From Squalus acanthias (Eukaryota): DNA of 64,000 nt. Each line of letters starts with the position of its first letter. Position 1 is the stretch's first letter. The position numbers and the translations under genes are program-made. The DNA lies in assembly GCA_030390025.1 (NCBI GenBank), contig CM059432.1, positions 80,974,001-81,038,000 of the forward strand, given 5' to 3'. Below are positions 62,076-64,000 of this stretch, piece by piece. The notes under the pieces were generated by a model. The model ran no database searches and was not told where the DNA came from. It saw only the letters and a program-made list of their open reading frames with translations.

Positions 62076-62425
62076 AGGTAGAGAGAAGCAGACTTTTTCC
62101 AGTAGTTGAGGGGTCAAGAACAAGGGGCCACAGATACAAAATTAAATGCAAGAGATTTAGAACAAGAGATTTAGAACAGAGGACAGGAGCAACATCTTTA
62201 CACAGAGTTGTGAAGCTGTGGAATTCACTTCCAGGGTTAGTGGTTGAGGCAGAAACTACATCAACATTCAATGATAGGTGGATGAAGGAAAAGGGAATAA
62301 AGGGATATGAGAGCAAGGCACGTAAATGTGATTAGAACTATTTACTTGTGTGGAGGTTGATTGCCAGCACGGACTGGTTGGGCTAAATGGTTTGTTTCCA
62401 TGTTGTAACTTGTGTATTTCTATGT
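62076..62425 (+). mobile_element. CR1 3' fragment
   Basis: GGTAGAGAGAAGCAGACTTTTTCCA..ACAAGGGGCCACAGA..TTTACACAGAGTTGTGAAGCTGTGGAATTCACTTCC plus 3' UTR. Confidence 0.85.
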
Positions 62426-64000
62426 TTAAAGGAAATCTGTAAATATAAGTGATATACTTATACTTGGCTGGTACATCTGTACAACCTTAATCTCTTCCTC
62501 TCCCACTCCCACTCTCTCCTGTCCGAGGATGAAGGCTGACTTGCCCAGAGATGCTCTTTCTGCCCTTTAAAGAAACATTTCTATATACTCTAAATAAAGA
62601 ACGTCACTACTATGTAAAGATTAAAGCTAACTGAACATTTATGCACTTCTATTACTACTACAAGAACTACTAACATTTTTAGTGTCAAAACACCATCTTG
62701 TATATCCTTTATTCTCGAGGAAACCTCCTTGATTTTATGAACCAATCTGAATGACACATGTCAGAAGGGTTCACTCCTTTTGGTGTCAATAACCTCAGAC
62801 AGCCATGTTGTTACCCCTGAGGACCTCCGGTTAATGAAGCATCAGTATTCAAACATGCCAGGCCATGCTTGCACTCCCCTAACTTCTCAATTTTTCTTTC
62901 AACAAAGAATCTTACACACTTTCAGATGAGCGACATATTTATATCTCCCTAATGAGATGTTTTAGGGCCTGTTGCCTTGATGACTTATGCCCCCCGGTAC
63001 CAGTAAGGAATTCTTTGTTTCTATAAGTCTTCATGATTTTAATTAGTATTAGTCATTTTGATTTCCCAGCATGAAGCCCGACTACTGACTCCACTTTGAG
63101 GACACATTTAAGACAATTCTTTGGATATTTTTCTTTAACTGGGACAATTCTTAGAACATTTTTCTTTAATTAAGGCACTTTTTAGGGAATTTTACCTTCA
63201 AAGCTCCCCTCGGTAGGGGCTCTCCAATGCAGGCAGAAACCCGATTGAACCTGGGAAATTTGCTGGGTCACCAGTTCCTCGATTATGCAGGTAGATGTCC
63301 TGCTTCACTACACTTACAGCTGTGTAACTGTCACAGAGGAAAATTTACTCCTGATCTTAAATGTCATACAGCTCATTTATTTTCTGTGCAATAGAATGTC
63401 TTGCACTCATGTGTCATTCAGAAAATTTAAAGTGATTAGCCCAGGCTGCGAATAAGCTGCAATAGATCAATATATCAACAGTTGTTGCTTTACATAATAA
63501 GCGTTCCACAGACAAATTAACTACCAGTTATTGGGGAAAAGTTATGTGAGATTCATGTTCAAAAATTGAAGACCATCAAATTGCAAAGCCACTGAATCAT
63601 ACATCGTATTGTTAAAATTTCAGAGTGAGGTACATTAGAATAGGTTTAGGGGAAGATTTCCTTTGTGCGCTAGGAATAGTGAAATTGTAATCCCGTATAT
63701 AAAGAACACATTTCACGTAGTGGACAGAGAAAATTTCACACACACCTATGTTTTTAAATCAAAATAAGGAAATCTCAGTCCAAATGAGTGATACGTCTGC
63801 TGACCACAGCCATGGTTTTTTAACGTTACTCACCTGAGAAACTTCTTGACTGCAGTTTACTTTAAGATGCAGAGGGAGACACACTGCATACCATCACAGT
63901 TGTCTTCTCATATCATGGAGACTCGATACTTTTTAACGCTTCCAAGATCTGTTCTATGTGATGAAGTGAGAAAAAAAAAACACTAGCAATGGTCCTAATG

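Noticed and set aside
62438..63335. Solo LTR with ~31-bp internal repeats at 63110-63200
   Set aside because: No matching termini or TSD could be established.

Overview
Eukaryotic, transposon-saturated non-coding DNA, most likely from a cartilaginous fish (shark/ray). This is inferred from HE1-type V-SINEs, SacSINE1-like DeuSINEs and dominant CR1 LINEs. I found no intact host protein-coding gene, rRNA, true tRNA or CRISPR array; essentially all recognisable ORFs are transposon remnants or their antisense shadows. The window holds about 15 CR1 pieces, a second CR1/L2-group LINE family, L2, two RTE and one Vingi-like LINE. It also holds Penelope-like element (PLE) ends carrying minimal hammerhead ribozymes, a solo LTR, a decayed PIF/Harbinger transposon and many Harbinger-type MITEs with 3-bp TSDs. 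The most interesting observations are: (i) a TSD-flanked 262-bp PLE insertion forming a 100-bp inverted repeat with a hammerhead in each arm, plus two further hammerheads with covarying stems; (ii) a four-level TE nest; (iii) a Vingi LINE; (iv) a repeat-free island at about 20.6-21.0 kb with two tandem ATG-to-phase-0-donor mini-exon candidates; (v) an unexplained insert bounded by 27-bp direct repeats. Family names come from motif recognition, not database searches, and boundaries without a TSD are approximate.
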